Source: Chiloscyllium plagiosum
Lineage: Eukaryota
Direction: 5' to 3'
NCBI RefSeq assembly: GCF_004010195.1
Contig: NC_057728.1
Span: 48,715,152 to 48,779,151, forward strand
DNA length: 64,000 nucleotides
Position numbers and translations under genes: made by a program. A model generated the notes under the pieces. That model was not told the DNA's origin. It worked only from the letters and a program-made list of their open reading frames with translations, and ran no database searches. Below are positions 37,940 through 51,728 of this stretch, in pieces (within the stretch, counting starts at the first letter, position 1; each line of letters begins with the position of its first letter).

Positions 37940-40800
37940 AAAGCCATTCAGTTCCTGAAGGCTGTCTCGCCCATCTAAAAGATAATGGCTGATTGGAGAC
38001 AGAAGCCTCAACTTCTCTTAACTCTCAACTCCTTGATATTTCAAAAACCTACCTACAATCATTTTTGAATAGTTTCAGTGACCTAGCCTCCACAATCCTC
38101 TGGGGTAGAGAATTCTAGACATTCACTATCCTCAGAGAAGAAATTCCTTTTCATTGGACTTTTAAAAGAAAATTTATTTTATAACAACGGCCCTGGGTTC
38201 AAGATTCCCAAACCAGTGGAAATATCTTTCCAACATCTATTCTGTCAAGCCCCCTCAGAATATGGTACCCTTTCTTAAATACAGGGACTGATATTGTACA
38301 ATCCAGTCCAGGTACAGTCTCACCAGCTCCTTGCACGTCAATAACAAAGATGTCTCTACTTCTGAACTTCAACATTTTAGCAATAAAGGCCAACATTTTA
38401 CTCGCCTTAAATACTTGCTGCGCCTGCATGGTAACTTTATGTTACATGCACAAGACCGGAGATCTTTTGAGTTTCTGGAGTTTTTCCAATTTCTACATTA
38501 AAAATAGCATATTTGTTGATTCTTCCACCAAATGACACAGTCAGAGATGTACAGCATGGAAACAGACCCTTCGGTCCAACCCATCCATGCCAACCAGGTA
38601 TCCCAACCCAATCCAGTCCCACCTGCCAGCACCCAGACCACATCCCTCCAAATGCTTCCTATTCATATACCCATCCAAATGCCTTTTAAATGTTGCAATT
38701 ATACCAGCCTCCACCACATCCTCTGGCAGCTCATTCCATACAAGTACCACCCTCTGCGTGAAAAAGTTGCCCCTTAGGTCTCTTTTATATCTTTCCCCTC
38801 TCACCCCAAACCTATGCCCTCTAGTTCTGGACTACCCCATCCCAGGGAAAAGACTTTGTCTATTTATCCAATCCATGCCCCTCATGATTTTGTAAATCTC
38901 TAAGGTCACCCCTCAGCCTCTGATGCTTCAGGGAAAACAGCCCCAGCCTCTCTCTATAGCTCAATTCCTCCAACCCTGGCAACATCCTTGTAAATATTTT
39001 GTGAACCCTTTCAAGTTTCACAACATCTTTCCGATAGGAAGGAGACCAGAATTGCACGCAATATTCCAATCGTGGCCTAACCAATGCACTGTACAACATG
39101 ACCTCCCAACTCCTGTACTCAATACTCTGACCAATAAAAGAAAGCATACCAAATGCTTTCTTCACTATCCTACCTACCTGCAACTCCACTTTCAAGGAGC
39201 TATGAACCTGCACTCCAACGTCTCTTTGTTCAACAACACTCCCTAGGACCTTACCATTAAGTGCATAAGTCCTGCTAAGGTTTGCTTTCCCAAAATGCAG
39301 CACCTCGCATTTATCTGAATTAAACTCCATCTGCCACTTCTCGGCTCACTGGCCCATCTGGTCAAGATCCTGTTGTAATCTGAGATAACCTTCTTCGCTG
39401 TCCACTACATCTCCAATTTTAGTGTCATCTGCAAGCTTACTAACTATACCTCTTATGCTCACATCCAAATCATGTATGTAAATGACAAATAGTGGACCCA
39501 GTACCAATCCTTGTGGCACTCCACTTGACCTCTCATCTTCTGCAATAAACTCCATCTGCCAAGTTTCTGCTCACTCACTCAACCCATCTATATCCCTCGC
39601 AAATTCTTTTACACTCTCATGAGAACATGCCCAACCACCTATTTTAGTATCATCAGCAAACCTAGTTATTACAAAATTTGCTCCTCCCTCCAAGCCATAC
39701 ACACAGTTGATTAAAAAGGAAGTAGGACTGATCCCTATGGCATGCCACTAAACATGTCTTTTCAACCTGAAAAGGACCTATTAGTCCTGCCTCAGTCTTC
39801 TGTGTATCAACTATTTCTCAATCTATGCTAATACATTATATCAAATTCTGTTAGCTCCTACCATATTGTGCAACCATCATTTGCATGTCACCTTATCAAG
39901 TGCCTTGTTAAAATCCAAATACATGATAGCCACTGGTTCCCTTTTATGAACTCGGCTTGTTATATCCTCAAAGTATTCTAGCAAATTTGTCAATATTATT
40001 TCCCTTTCAGAAAACCATGCTGACTTTGTGTTAAGCTTTTCTAAATATCCAGTTATTTCTTCCTCATTAACAGATTCTAGACCAGTTGATCTAAAATCTG
40101 TTGCTGGTAAAACGCTATACTTTTCTGCTTTCCTTCAATAGGGGTGTTATTTAGAAGAATGGTCTTTCAATCTTCTGGAACCTTCCTGGACTCCGGTGTT
40201 GTGTAAAATTTTTAACAATACCTCCAATATCACTGCAGTCACTTCCTTTAAATTCTTGGATACAGGCTATAGGATCTATTCAACTTGTCTGCCTTTAGTC
40301 TCATTAGCTTATTTTGTCCCATGTTATAGAGACTGTACACAACATTTCCTTCCATTAGTACTTTGCTTACCTTACATTTTTGGGATATTTACTGCATCCT
40401 TCACCATGAAGACCAACGCAAAGTTAGATTATCTGCAACTTTTGTGTTTCCTGTTATCAATTCCTCAGTCACACCTTCCCCACACTTTAGCTATTCTTAA
40501 ATATACATGAGAAGTTTTTACCAATTGTTTTGATATTTCTTCCCAATTAACATCCCTCATTAGCTTTTCAGTCACCTGCAGGTGGTTCCTAAAGAAACCC
40601 CAGTGCTCTAGCTGACTACTAATTTTCTGCCATTTTGTACACTGTAGTTTGATTGTATACGCTCCTTGACTGCCTTGTGAACTGCTACTTTTTGACTGGA
40701 ATAAATATTGGCTGAGCATTATAAATATGTTAAATGTCTGCCACCACTCATTTACAGATGACTTTCTTCTCAGTCTACTTTCTCACTCTGTTTTAGACAG
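37940..40800 (-). mobile_element. Old CR1 LINE remnant hosting a younger CR1 insertion
   Basis: Degraded ORF2 motifs on both sides of 38537-39526 (ASKMLAFI; FADDTK at about 39643; DFNKALDKV at about 39890-39918). Confidence 0.55.
38537..39526 (-). mobile_element. CR1 LINE 3' fragment
   Basis: GVPQG, LADDTK, LVRPRLEY, WNELP, conserved 3' UTR. Confidence 0.9.
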
Positions 40801-41664
40801 CTCTTTCTTATCTCTCTTTTCCTTTACTTAAGGACTTTGGTTTGGGATCCAAGTTGATTCAAACTGAATTTCAGATTTAATCATGTGATTGGTACCCCCT
40901 AAAGGATTTTTAAATATGAGATTTCCAATTAATTTTATTTCATTACATATTAGATTTAAAACAACTTGTTCCTGGGCAGGTTGTGTAATCTGCTGCTCTA
41001 AGAAACAATCCCCAACACACTCTAAATTTGTCTTCCAAGTTATCTTGCCTAACTGATTCGTCCAGTCCATATGCTCACTCGTGACAATCATACTATCCTT
41101 TTTACAAGCTTTTATCAATTCATGATTAATGAGATTTTAATTAAGTGAAAGGGAGGGAGGGTGAGAAAAAGGAAGGCAAAGTCTGTGATAGGATGAGACT
41201 AAATGGTGAAAGCATAGATGCTGCAAAGCCAAAAAGGTAGAGAAATGAGTCAAGTAAAGAATTATATTTTGAGGTGGTGTGAAGGATTATGATCCACAAT
41301 TTCAATGCAATAAAAAAAACATTAAAATCGAGAACATCCATGAAAAAAGAAAGAGAGACAGAGATTGTGGTCTGAGATTATTGAACACATTGGAAAGCTT
41401 CTCATCAAGGAGTGAAGCACCGATCCTCAAACACAAAGCATACTGGAGACTTGAAGATAGAGAGGTCAGCAAGGAAGCAAGGTGAAGAATTTCAAAAAAA
41501 AAAAGTGATTAAATAACAACTGAACAAAACATAGCAATCCATTTTCCTGCATTTGGACTCCCCAGTGCTAAGAAAACTATATTTTGAGCAGCAACTACCC
41601 TGATGGACATTATAAATTTGTGGAAAGGAAACATTTTACGCAAGATGGTGGTCACTAAAAACTA

Positions 41665-41738
41665 GGACAGTTAGCACAGTCGGTCACAGCATGGTGCTAA
41701 TAATGCCAAGGTTGCGGGTTAGATTCCCATAAGGGCCA
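41665..41738 (+). pseudogene. Decayed tRNA-Ile (anticodon AAT)
   Basis: 74 nt, colinear with the recalled vertebrate tRNA-Ile(AAT) at about 13 mismatches. The anticodon loop CTAATAA is intact, but the T-loop reads GTTAGAT and the acceptor stem is damaged. Confidence 0.85.
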
Positions 41739-41806
41739 TCCTCAGTTTTGCACACAAGGCCAAGATAGAGTTACCTGGACCAAGGTAGTCTCTGTCTCTA
41801 CCTTAA

Positions 41807-41885
41807 GGGCCCTCTTGTGGTGCAGTGGTAGTGACCATAACCCTGGACCAGAGGTCCAGGTTCAATTCCAGAGGTGTATAACAAC
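41807..41885 (+). mobile_element. tRNA-derived SINE head fragment
   Basis: A box TGGTGCAGTGG, B box GGTTCAATTCC. Confidence 0.5.
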
Positions 41886-43750
41886 ATCTAAGTAGATTAA
41901 AGAAAAAAAAAATCAGTTTTTTAAAAAAGTAACACAATTGATGTACAGGTAGCAACCTGGAAGATGTACAATAGGTGGAAAGAAAGGGTCAACACGTTAA
42001 TTATTTGGGTGACTAAGTTCCGAGGGGTGATTCTCAATTCAAACAGATAATCCTAGATAATAAATGCACAATGACCCCTCTTCTTACAGTTTTAGTCTTT
42101 AAGCTTCTCTCTCATGTCTGTCTTGTTTTCTGGATCCCTCTCTCATGCAAGCTTGAAAAGAAGAGCCTCTATTATCTTTACTCTTACCCAATGCTCATAT
42201 TCAACTGCAGCCAAGTGATTTAGCTTATTTTACTTGATCAAATATGAGTGTTATGTTGTTGTTCATAACCATATATAATGCCCTTCAGGGTTTTTACAAG
42301 CACTATGTTCTCTTCCTTACGAGCACAAGAGCGTGCGAGCGAGATAGTATTTAAGCAAGGTCTTTTGGCTTTGAGCTGCAAAAAAACTAAAACTTGACAA
42401 ACTCCCAGAATCCATCACACTCAGCTACATAATGTGCCTCAATTCTAAGATTTCCCACTGTTACCACACAAGCAAGGCAGGCTTGTATTAATTGTTAAAG
42501 ATTAGTTGTTAATTTCTAGTAATAAAAAAATTGAATTTAATAATGTTTATTCTGGTTAATAAACAAAACTGAACATATCTAGCTTCAAATAATTTTGCTT
42601 TAAAACGCTATACTTTTTTAAAAAGTAATTGAAATAAAGCAAGTCTCTGTCTATATGTTTGTACAATGTCTCACTAAGGTTAGCAATCAATGTCTCTTGG
42701 GGGTAAACAATTACAGCATTTCCAATATCAAAACAGGTAAGAATTTTCAAAAGCATTTTGAAAGATGTACAGGCTAATACACACAACTCAATGGCCAAAT
42801 TGTACAATTAGAATTATTTACATCGCAGCTTACATTATAAGTAGTGGCAATGGAAAAATGGTTAATGAAAAACAGGAAATTATGTAGACAGAAATCTCAT
42901 GCAAACACAAGGTTTCTAACTGACTGCCTGTGGCATTGCATATGGGAAATCAACACCAGGTGTAATCATTGAACAGTGAAGTCAGGGAGTGGAGGTTAAT
43001 TGGACCCAGAATAAGTCAGTTTCCATTTTCAAATAAGATACAAGTTAATTAATACACATTGAAGTAACCTGGGAAGCAAAAAAGGGAAGTTAATTGCAGC
43101 ATATCAGTACAGAGGAAAATTCAAACAAAGCCGAACTTCCACAGTTACACCGCTGGCAGGACCATTATTATATCAGAACAATTACATTTACGTAATTTCA
43201 TTAAAAATGTGAAAATGTACTTTATAATGGATAAAGTTGCCAAATGTAGTCTGCACATATTAAAAAATCTTTAATATTACAACATACTGATATTGAGATT
43301 ACATTTTAAAATGAGAGGGGTTGTGAACAATTTGAAAATGATAATGCACAGAAAAATCTGGAGCATCTAAACCCTACTATATGCAGAGAAATGATTAGAC
43401 TTCATAGGTCAAGATCCCATCAATACCTTGCGAAGTTGAACAAATATCCTGGTACAATATGTACAGCAAACCAGTGTTACAAAGGTCTGAATACCAAAGA
43501 TAAACTCGATGATTTCAAAGAATTCAAGGATGGAGATAATCCCCTCTAGCCACACTCTTACTCAACAAATCATTGTCTTAAGATTCCTGATATCTATTGC
43601 TTAAAAGCAACTGAAAATACATGCCATGCCTTAGATTTTTAAGAATTATTCAAATTTGAAAAGAAGTATACATATTTTATCCCAATTTACTCAAAATAAT
43701 TGTAGGAGGGACACTCAAGCAATAACAACACAAGTCTAACTTTAACTTAC

Positions 43751-43863
43751 TTGGGTCCCCCACACTCCAGCGCAGACACTTTCACAACAGGTAGAGGCTG
43801 AAATCCAACTGGTTCAATACTAAGTGTGTTACCTTCCACAGCTTCAAGAATCATTGAAGCTAG
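43751..43863 (-). CDS. RAB3IP: RAB3IP exon ([37 protein letters not shown])
   Basis: 113 nt, acceptor ctgatttag, donor gtaagt, phase 0 to phase 2. Confidence 0.96.
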
Positions 43864-44026
43864 CTAAATCAGAGGAAATAATTCTTTTAATATAATATTC
43901 TAAAAATCTTAAGTGGAATTACAATATATTAATATTACTTTCACCTTGAATTTAAAATATCGAATATGCATCATGATCCAAACAAACTGATAAAAATGAA
44001 CACTTTCTCCAATTAAATGTTTGGCT

Positions 44027-44777
44027 GCTTATACACATAATGGTAATATCCTAGGGAGTGTTGCTGAACAAAGACCTTGGATTTCAGGTTCATAGTTCCT
44101 TGAAAGTAGAGTCCCAGGTCGACAGGATAGTGAAGGCGGCATTTGGTGTGCTTGTCTTTATTGGTCAGTGCACTGACTATAGGAGTTAGGAAGTCATGTT
44201 GCGGCTATACAGGACATTGGTTAGGCCACTTTTGGAATACTGCATTCAGTCCTGGTCTCCCCGCTACAGGAAGGATATTGCAAAACCTGAAGGATTCAGA
44301 AAAGATTTACAAGGTTGGTGGGTTTGAGCTCTAAAAGAGGCGCTGAATAGGCTGGGGCTGTTTTCCTACAGGGTCGGAGGTTGAGGGATGACCTTATAGA
44401 AATTTATAAAATCATGAGGGCATAGATAGGTTGAATAGCCAAGGTCTTTCTCTCCCTCCCCACACCAAGGTAATGGACTCCAAAACAAGGGGGACATCGG
44501 TTTAAGCTGAGAGGGGAAAGATTTAAAAGGGACTTAAGGGGCAACTTTTTCACGCAAAGAGTGGTGCATGTATGGAATGAACTGCCAGAGGAAGTGCTGC
44601 AGGCTGATACAATTACAACGTTTAAGTAGTATCTGGATAGGTATATGAATAGGAGGGGTTTAGAGGAATGTGGGCCAAATGCTGGCAGCAAATGGGACTA
44701 GATTAATTTAGAATATCTGGATAGTATTGACGAGTTGGACCGAAGGGTCTGTTTCCATGCTGTACAGCTCTATGACT
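44027..44777 (+). mobile_element. CR1 LINE 3' fragment
   Basis: Similar to 22060-22800. Confidence 0.85.
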
Positions 44778-45306
44778 GCATAGTCAAAACCCTGGAACTG
44801 TCTTTTGGGAGACAGTCAGTACTAATCAACTGAAAAACTTGTACTGTCCAGTGATTTTTGTTAGGCATGAGAATCACTTTACAAGGTGGTTAAATCAGTT
44901 GAAACCTAAATGAACTTGGAGAACAGGTTTATTAGGCTGAATGGCCTGCTCCTGATTTTATGAGGAACAGTACTCGCAGCTTTACCCACCAGCCACTGAT
45001 ATTGAGGAGAACAATTTTGCAGGATTGACTAAAATTGCCTCAAGACTAATTTTTGAAGATATTAGTGAATAATAGATGTCTGAACAGCAAAAACATTTTG
45101 CCATAGTAAGATGTGAACACAAGATATCGAATTGCCAATCTAGCAAAGTTATCAGCTTGAAATAAATTTGCAGAGGAATCAAAATCATTTGCTGTTTCAA
45201 TACAAAAATATTTTAAAATTAAATAAATTCAAGCACAATTTACTCAGTAAGCTAATCTCATTAGTTTCTATGTTGGCAATTTCACTAGATTGTTGCTCTT
45301 TCTTAC

Positions 45307-45435
45307 CTCACTTTTTGAAAATGTCAAGCAAGGATATATATCTTCTTTATAGATTCTGTCTAAAAAACAGCAAGTTCTATCAATTGTAGGGTCTTCTTTC
45401 CAGGCTTTAAATTCACCAAACAGAAGCGCATCAAC
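45307..45435 (-). CDS. RAB3IP: RAB3IP exon ([43 protein letters not shown])
   Basis: 129 nt, acceptor aag, donor gtaaga, phase 0 to phase 0. Confidence 0.96.
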
Positions 45436-46398
45436 CTTTTTAAAAGTTAGACAAGAGGTTGTAAGTAAAGCTAAAATCAAACTGCAAGTTTCTAATTTTG
45501 AACAATCCAAAACTTTTTTAAAAAAATGATATTTAACATTGCCATTTAGACTATTAATTGAAGTTTTAATTTACCAACAAATGTACAACAAAATTTGAGA
45601 AAGGTTTAGCACATGCACCTACTCTGACTGGATGGTAAGTTTACATAATTACAAGCTCACTTTTCTATCCAATTCTGTGCATGCAATATCTAGTCTCAAC
45701 ATTGTCAAGAAACAATCAAGGACGTTCCGCTTGCAACATCTGTTTCTTTTACTTCCACTGGTTGTTCCAAAACACCATTGGTGAGGCCTGAGTCAGATTA
45801 TTGCCCAAGATAATAGCAATTCCTTCCATAGGGATTTGACACACTACAACGTATCCACTTTCTAAGACACTCTTTAATCTAACTCCACATAAATGGGACC
45901 AGTTTGTAACCGGAGTGTATACGACCAATAGTTTCCTTCATAAGCCCCACTGGAAATCTCATTACCTACCATCAGCAATCAGCTTCCTCTAAGCGTGTCT
46001 CAATATCTTTATTGATTTATCTCCTTGATTAGAAGAAGAAAATATCTTGCCTTTTTAAAGAAAATATACAGATCTTCCAGTGGTCTAATTTTCTTTAGCA
46101 ATAATCAAGAAATAATTTTCTTGATCTTCTCAAATCATTGCTCCCTTTCTAACAGCTTGAGGGAACATGCTCCACCTGTACTAACAGTACAGTTTTAATA
46201 CACATTTCCTTTCTGGATATCTGAAGTTTCCTTAGGTATTCCTACTACTGCAGTGTGTCTCCCATTTAATATTCAGCAATTGTCTTCAGTATTGTCTAGA
46301 CTTACAACAATGGAAGCTTATTTTCTTGATGTCACTTAGGTTCTAAATTCCTTTTTTGTTTGAAAAAATCCCTGCATCCTTCTGTTGTTCCCTAAAAC

Positions 46399-47910
46399 TA
46401 GAACAAAAAGCAGTACAACACAGGAACAGGCCCTTCATCCACTAAGACTGCAGCAATGCATGATGCCTTACTAAATTAAAAAACCCCTTGCCTCTACATG
46501 GTCTGTAGACATCTACCCTCTGCCTATTCATAAAACTGTCAAGATGCCTCTTAAATGTTGGTACTGTATCCACCTTCACCCTCTCCTCTGGCAGTGCATT
46601 TCAGACACTTACCACCCTACCCAAAAAACAACTTACCTCTCACATCTCTTTAAACTTATCTCCTTAAATTTATATTCCCTACTAATTATATTTCTTCCCT
46701 GGGAAAAAAAAAGAATCAAGCTATCCATTCTATCCAGACCTCTCAATGTTATCAGGTCACTCCTCACCCTTGGATGTTCAAGTGAAAACAAACCAGGTTT
46801 GTCCAATCTTTCCTCATAAGTAATACCTTCCAAACTATGCAACATCCTGGTAAAGCATTTCTGTACCCTCCCTAAAGTATCCACTTTTGGTAATGTGGCA
46901 AGCTGAACTGCACGCAAAATTCCAAATGTGGCCTAACAAAAGTTCCAAACAGCTGCAACATGACTTGCTGATTTTTACACACCATGCCATATGCCTCTTG
47001 ACCACATTGGCCACTGGTGTTGCCACTTTGAGGCAACAGTAGACCTGTATGCCAGTGGTTAGTACGGCTGCCTCAATGCCAGGGACCCAGGTTTGATTCC
47101 AGCCTCTGATGACTGCCTGTGTGAAGTTTATACATTCTCACTGTGAGGGCTTCTGCATTTTGCTCTGGTTTCCTCCCACATTCCAAAAGATGTGCAGGTT
47201 AGGTGGATCAGCCATGCCAAATTGCCCCATAGTGTCCAGGTTTGTGTAGAGTTACAGGGAATAAATGGTGGGATGCTTTTCATGTGTTTGGTGCAGACCT
47301 GATGGACCAGACAGTCTCTTTCCACACTTTAATGATGCCACTAAAGGTCCCACCATTTATTACATGCATCCCTCCTGCATTAGATCTTCCAAAATGCAAC
47401 CCATCACATTTGTTCAGATTAAATGCCATCTACTATTTCTCCACTATCTATAACCTGCTGTATCTTTTGGCAATCCCCCTTGCTGTCCACAGCTCCCCCA
47501 AATCCGTATCCTCAAAACTTACCAATGAAGCCACCTACATTCTCCTTTATATATTAGAAACAATAGGAGTCCCAACACTGATCCCTTCAGGACACCACCG
47601 ATCACAGATCTACAGTCAGAAAAACAGCCTTCCATCACTACTCTGAAGAGTATGACTAAGCCAGTTCTGTATCGGTCTTACCAGCTTACTATGGATCCCA
47701 GGTAACTTCACTTTTTGTCTCAGCCTGCCATGAGGGACCTTCTCAAAGGCCTCACTGAAGTCCATATTGACAAAATCTAACACCATGCCCTCATCTGTCA
47801 CTTCCTTAAAAAAACTCAATCAAGTTTGAGAGAGAGAGAGAACTTTCCCCACATAAAGCCATACTGCCTATCGCTAACAAGTCCATACTTTTCCAAATGA
47901 GTAAATCCTA
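46399..47910 (-). mobile_element. Degraded CR1 LINE fragment
   Basis: MDFSEAFEKVPHGRL, RVQKCFTRML; interrupted by a SINE at 47054-47330. Confidence 0.75.
47054..47330 (+). mobile_element. HE1-type V-SINE nested in CR1
   Basis: agtggttag...GGTTTGATTCC...ggtttcctcccacattccaaaagatgtgcaggttagg. Confidence 0.78.
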
Positions 47911-48565
47911 AGAAGGCTTAGCAGTGTGTAATTTCCTACTACTGATCCCACAGCATTTCGTTCTCTGATGCAAACTCTACCAATGTCTGATTCGGTTCCT
48001 TCCTTCCTTGTAAATTTTAATTATACACTTTAGAGATGAGCACAAACTTTTTACCTGTACATTGCTCCTGACAGCCTGGTGTTCACAGACTTGCTTATCA
48101 GGTCACACACACCCATTTAAAATTCCAAACACCTTTTGACCACAACAATTCAAAAGATACTTGCAAAGTTGAAGTAAAATATTTTTTAATGCCATCTTCT
48201 GTAAATTTATGCATTAAACTCAGGCTTCTGGTGAAATCAAATCTCTCATTGGAATGAGAATTACCCTCCAAGCTAACTTTTTTTCCCCCCTATTCTAAGC
48301 TTTTCTCCAGCCATGTTATCTTATTCCCCTCTCTCTTTGGAGTGCAAGCTCTTTAATAGTTCCATTCCCTTTCCATTTCTTCTAATTAAAGTTTTTTTAA
48401 AAATATCTCATCTAAAATTTAGATAAGTCAAGCAATGAACCAAATTTCAAGTATCTCAATTTTAATTCTAAAAGTTGGATCAACACTAGTGTCTCATCCT
48501 TACAAACCCTGCTTTTGTTTCTAATACCAACTCTATGTGCAGCCTTAGGCCAAGATTTCAAAGGA

Positions 48566-48749
48566 GAAAGTGAGGACTGCAGATGCTGGAGATCAGAGCT
48601 GAAAATGTGTTGCTGGAAAAGCGCAGGTCAGGCAGCATCCAAGGAACAGGGGCATAAGCTCTTCTTCAGGATTCCTGAAGAAGGGCTTATGCCCGAAACG
48701 TCGATTCTCCTGTTCCTTGGATGCTGCCTGACCTGCTGCGCTTTTCCAG
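48566..48749. mobile_element. Mini Penelope-derived hairpin insertion (family A) with 15-bp TSD
   Basis: TSD caagatttcaaagga at 48551-48565 and 48750-48764; arms meet at ttcagga/ttcctgaa. Confidence 0.87.
48675..48702 (+). ncRNA. Minimal type I hammerhead ribozyme motif
   Basis: CTGAAGA-A-GGGC(TTAT)GCCC-GAAA-CGTC. Confidence 0.7.
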
Positions 48750-50399
48750 CAAGATTTCAAAGGATCCACTATTAACATTTGTTACTCCTAGAAAAGTCTT
48801 AGCATCAGTCAAGGTAATTTTGTAAGTTAAACCTTTTTAATACACTAGTTTCCTGTTTTTATATCTTGTATTTCTACATACTCCTTTCCTTAAAAAAATC
48901 ACCGACCCCTCTTAAATTTAATGCTTTCTATCCTGCTAAAGAGCCCCAATCTAACTATGGTCTCAACTAATAATATTGGACAAGTCAGATCAGAGTGAAA
49001 CCTGGATTTATAGACCATACATTTAGCATGTAGTTTCATTACTGTGTAATCAGTCACTTAACGTACTCAAAAGAGACTGCCAATGTAATTTAATGTAAGA
49101 ACCAAGATAAAAAAGGAAAACATACAAAATATTTTACACAAGATCTAGGTGAAATGGTCTTATTACAAATATCAGAAATACGGATTCACAATCTTTTTAC
49201 CCTCAACAATATTACTGATTCCCAAATTTCAATAAAATGGAAACAGTATGACTCTTCAGTCAGTGCAACTGTACCGCTTTCCCGCAATAGCTGCATTTAC
49301 TTAATGCTCTCTTTTCAGTTGCTGTCTCTTCCAAAAACTCTTAAATAAACTGCTAGCACCGCTTACTTCTCTGAGCATGGAGTCCTTAAACTCCACTTCC
49401 CTAGCCTCATGTCAGGAGTTCTTCCTTATTAATATTAAGCCACACAGGACTTCTTTTCTCCTAACTTGACTGTTCTGGAGGCTGTTAAATTGCAGCTATT
49501 ATTGGCACTTCTTCACTTCCCTGAATGATCTGCTTCTATCTGAAGGAAACTTGCACATTCAGATCTTCTAGATGGCTCTCTCTGCCTAATAGGAAATGGT
49601 TTTTGCCTACCTATGTCATAGAAAACCTTGTTGTTAGGCTAAAAATGTTTTCTGGTTATTTCCAAAGCATCAAACCACTCTCCTCTCAGGTTTATTTTTG
49701 AAACGCCTCTTTTAGACATATACGAACAAATTTCGAGACATCCCGGTACCTGGGATGGCCTTCCTTTCTTAACTCTACATATATCAAGCTTTATATAATT
49801 CTGCCCATGTGAGAACTCAAGTTTCCAAATAATAATAAATCATGAAACTTTATCACACTTTCCAACACAATCGGAGGAAACTGCAGCTAATCTTGAACTG
49901 GGTGGCAAAAAAGCAAGCTAAAAAAATGATGGAGGAAGATTTGAGGGAGGGGATTGTGAGGGACAGGTGACTATTCTCAGCATACATATAGAACCTGATG
50001 TCAATCATTTAATAATGCCACTGAGGAACAACACATTCATGTGAGACAAAGGAGGGATCAAATATAGGTTCCTTTCAGGGACTACAATGGTAATTATCTG
50101 GAGTCAGCTGCTGCAGCCTGAGAAACAGAAGACATATTAGAGGATGGTGGGCTGGATGACCACATCACAAGCTGCGATCAAGGTTGAGAAGGACAAGGAA
50201 TGTTCGTGCCACACATCAATAATGTTATTTCTGATTCAATCAGGGCCAATTTAACCCTTGAATTGCCAATTAATTTCACCGTGAGACCTGGTTTTGCAAT
50301 TAATTTGGAACATTGATTTGTCCTTCAAGTTATCCATTCATCATTGGATCTCATATTACTCAAAATTTAGTTTTGAAAACCTTTAGAAATGAAACTTAC

Positions 50400-50600
50400 C
50401 TCTTTACAATCTCGGACAATAGGTTGCATCACATTCAGCTCTTGGCTGCTGCTGGCCATAGCGCTAGTACTTTTATTTCGAACATGTCCCTTTTTAAAGT
50501 GAGCTTTTGCATTCGGCTGAAGCTCCTTCGTAGGTGACGTTGGTGAAGAGGACTGGACTAGTGTTTTCAATGCTGCCACTTCTGCTTGCAGTACGTCAAT
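50400..50600 (-). CDS. RAB3IP: RAB3IP exon ([15 protein letters not shown]...[11 protein letters not shown]...PIVRDCKE)
   Basis: 201 nt, acceptor aag, donor gtaagt, phase 0 to phase 0. Confidence 0.96.
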
Positions 50601-50691
50601 CTTATAAGTAAATGCAGAATATTTAAATCATTGGTTATTTAGCTCAACAAATTTATGGGCAGTTTGAACAGAATATTGCTTAATATAGAAT

Positions 50692-51218
50692 GCCATTCTG
50701 GTCTTCTTATCGGAAAGATGTTGTGAAACTTGAAAGGGTTCAGAAAGGATTTACAAGGATGTTGCCAGGGTTGGAGGATTTGAGCTATAGGGAGAGGCTG
50801 ACTGGGCCTGCTTTCCCTGGAGCGTCGGAGGCTGAGGGGTGACCTTATAGAGGTTTATAAAATCATGAGGGGCATGGATAGGATAAATAGACAAAGTCTT
50901 TTCCCTGGGGTCGGGGAGTCCAGAACTAGAGGGCATAGGTTTAGGATGAGGGGGGAAAGATATAAAAGAGACTTAATGGGCAACTTTTTCACACAGAGGG
51001 TGGTACGTGTATAGAATGAGCTGCCAGAGGAAGTGATGGAGGCTAGTACAATTACAACGTTTAAAAAGGCATCTGGATGAGTATATGCATAGGAAGAGTT
51101 TAGAGGGATATGGGCTGGGTGCTGGCAGGTGAGTCTAGATTGGTTTGGGATACCTGGTCAGCATGGACAAGTTGGACCGAAGGCTCTGTTTCTGTGCTGT
51201 ACATCTCTATGACTCTAT
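50692..51218 (+). mobile_element. CR1 LINE 3' fragment
   Basis: Matches 22270-22805; tail ctatgactctat. Confidence 0.88.
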
Positions 51219-51399
51219 AATTAGCAAAATATATATATATGAAAGGCCCACAAAAAGTTGAAGCAAACAGGTTCAGACCAGAACACAAAACTGAAAAATT
51301 GTAATCTAAGAAAAGTAGGAATTTTACTCTATAATCAATGAAAAACCACAAGCCTCTTTGGAAACTCATTAAATTTTGTAATAGGAATCACACTGTTAC

Positions 51400-51477
51400 C
51401 TTGCCTTGTGCTTCTTTTAACTGTTTCTCTGCTGCAGCTTGTTTGACATTTGCTTCTCGTACCATTTTATGAGCCTC
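51400..51477 (-). CDS. RAB3IP: RAB3IP exon ([26 protein letters not shown]; Sec2 GEF coiled coil)
   Basis: 78 nt, acceptor gcttttaag, donor gtaaca, phase 0 to phase 0. Confidence 0.96.
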
Positions 51478-51728
51478 CTTAAAAGCAAAGGGCAAAGTGA
51501 GAACTGTTAAACATTGGCAAAGCATTTTCAGTTCAGTTCTGATCTAAATTTGATGGAAGTTAATATGTTGCAAACATTGAATTTATAATTCGTGTGTCAA
51601 GCACAACTTTTAGCTCCAAGGATTATACACTTGAAAAAAATCTGAATCAACTTTGAAGTGAATCTAATTCCTCAAGTTTGGATCATTTACAGTTAAAAGC
51701 TAACCTGCATATTGATCATGGTCATAAT

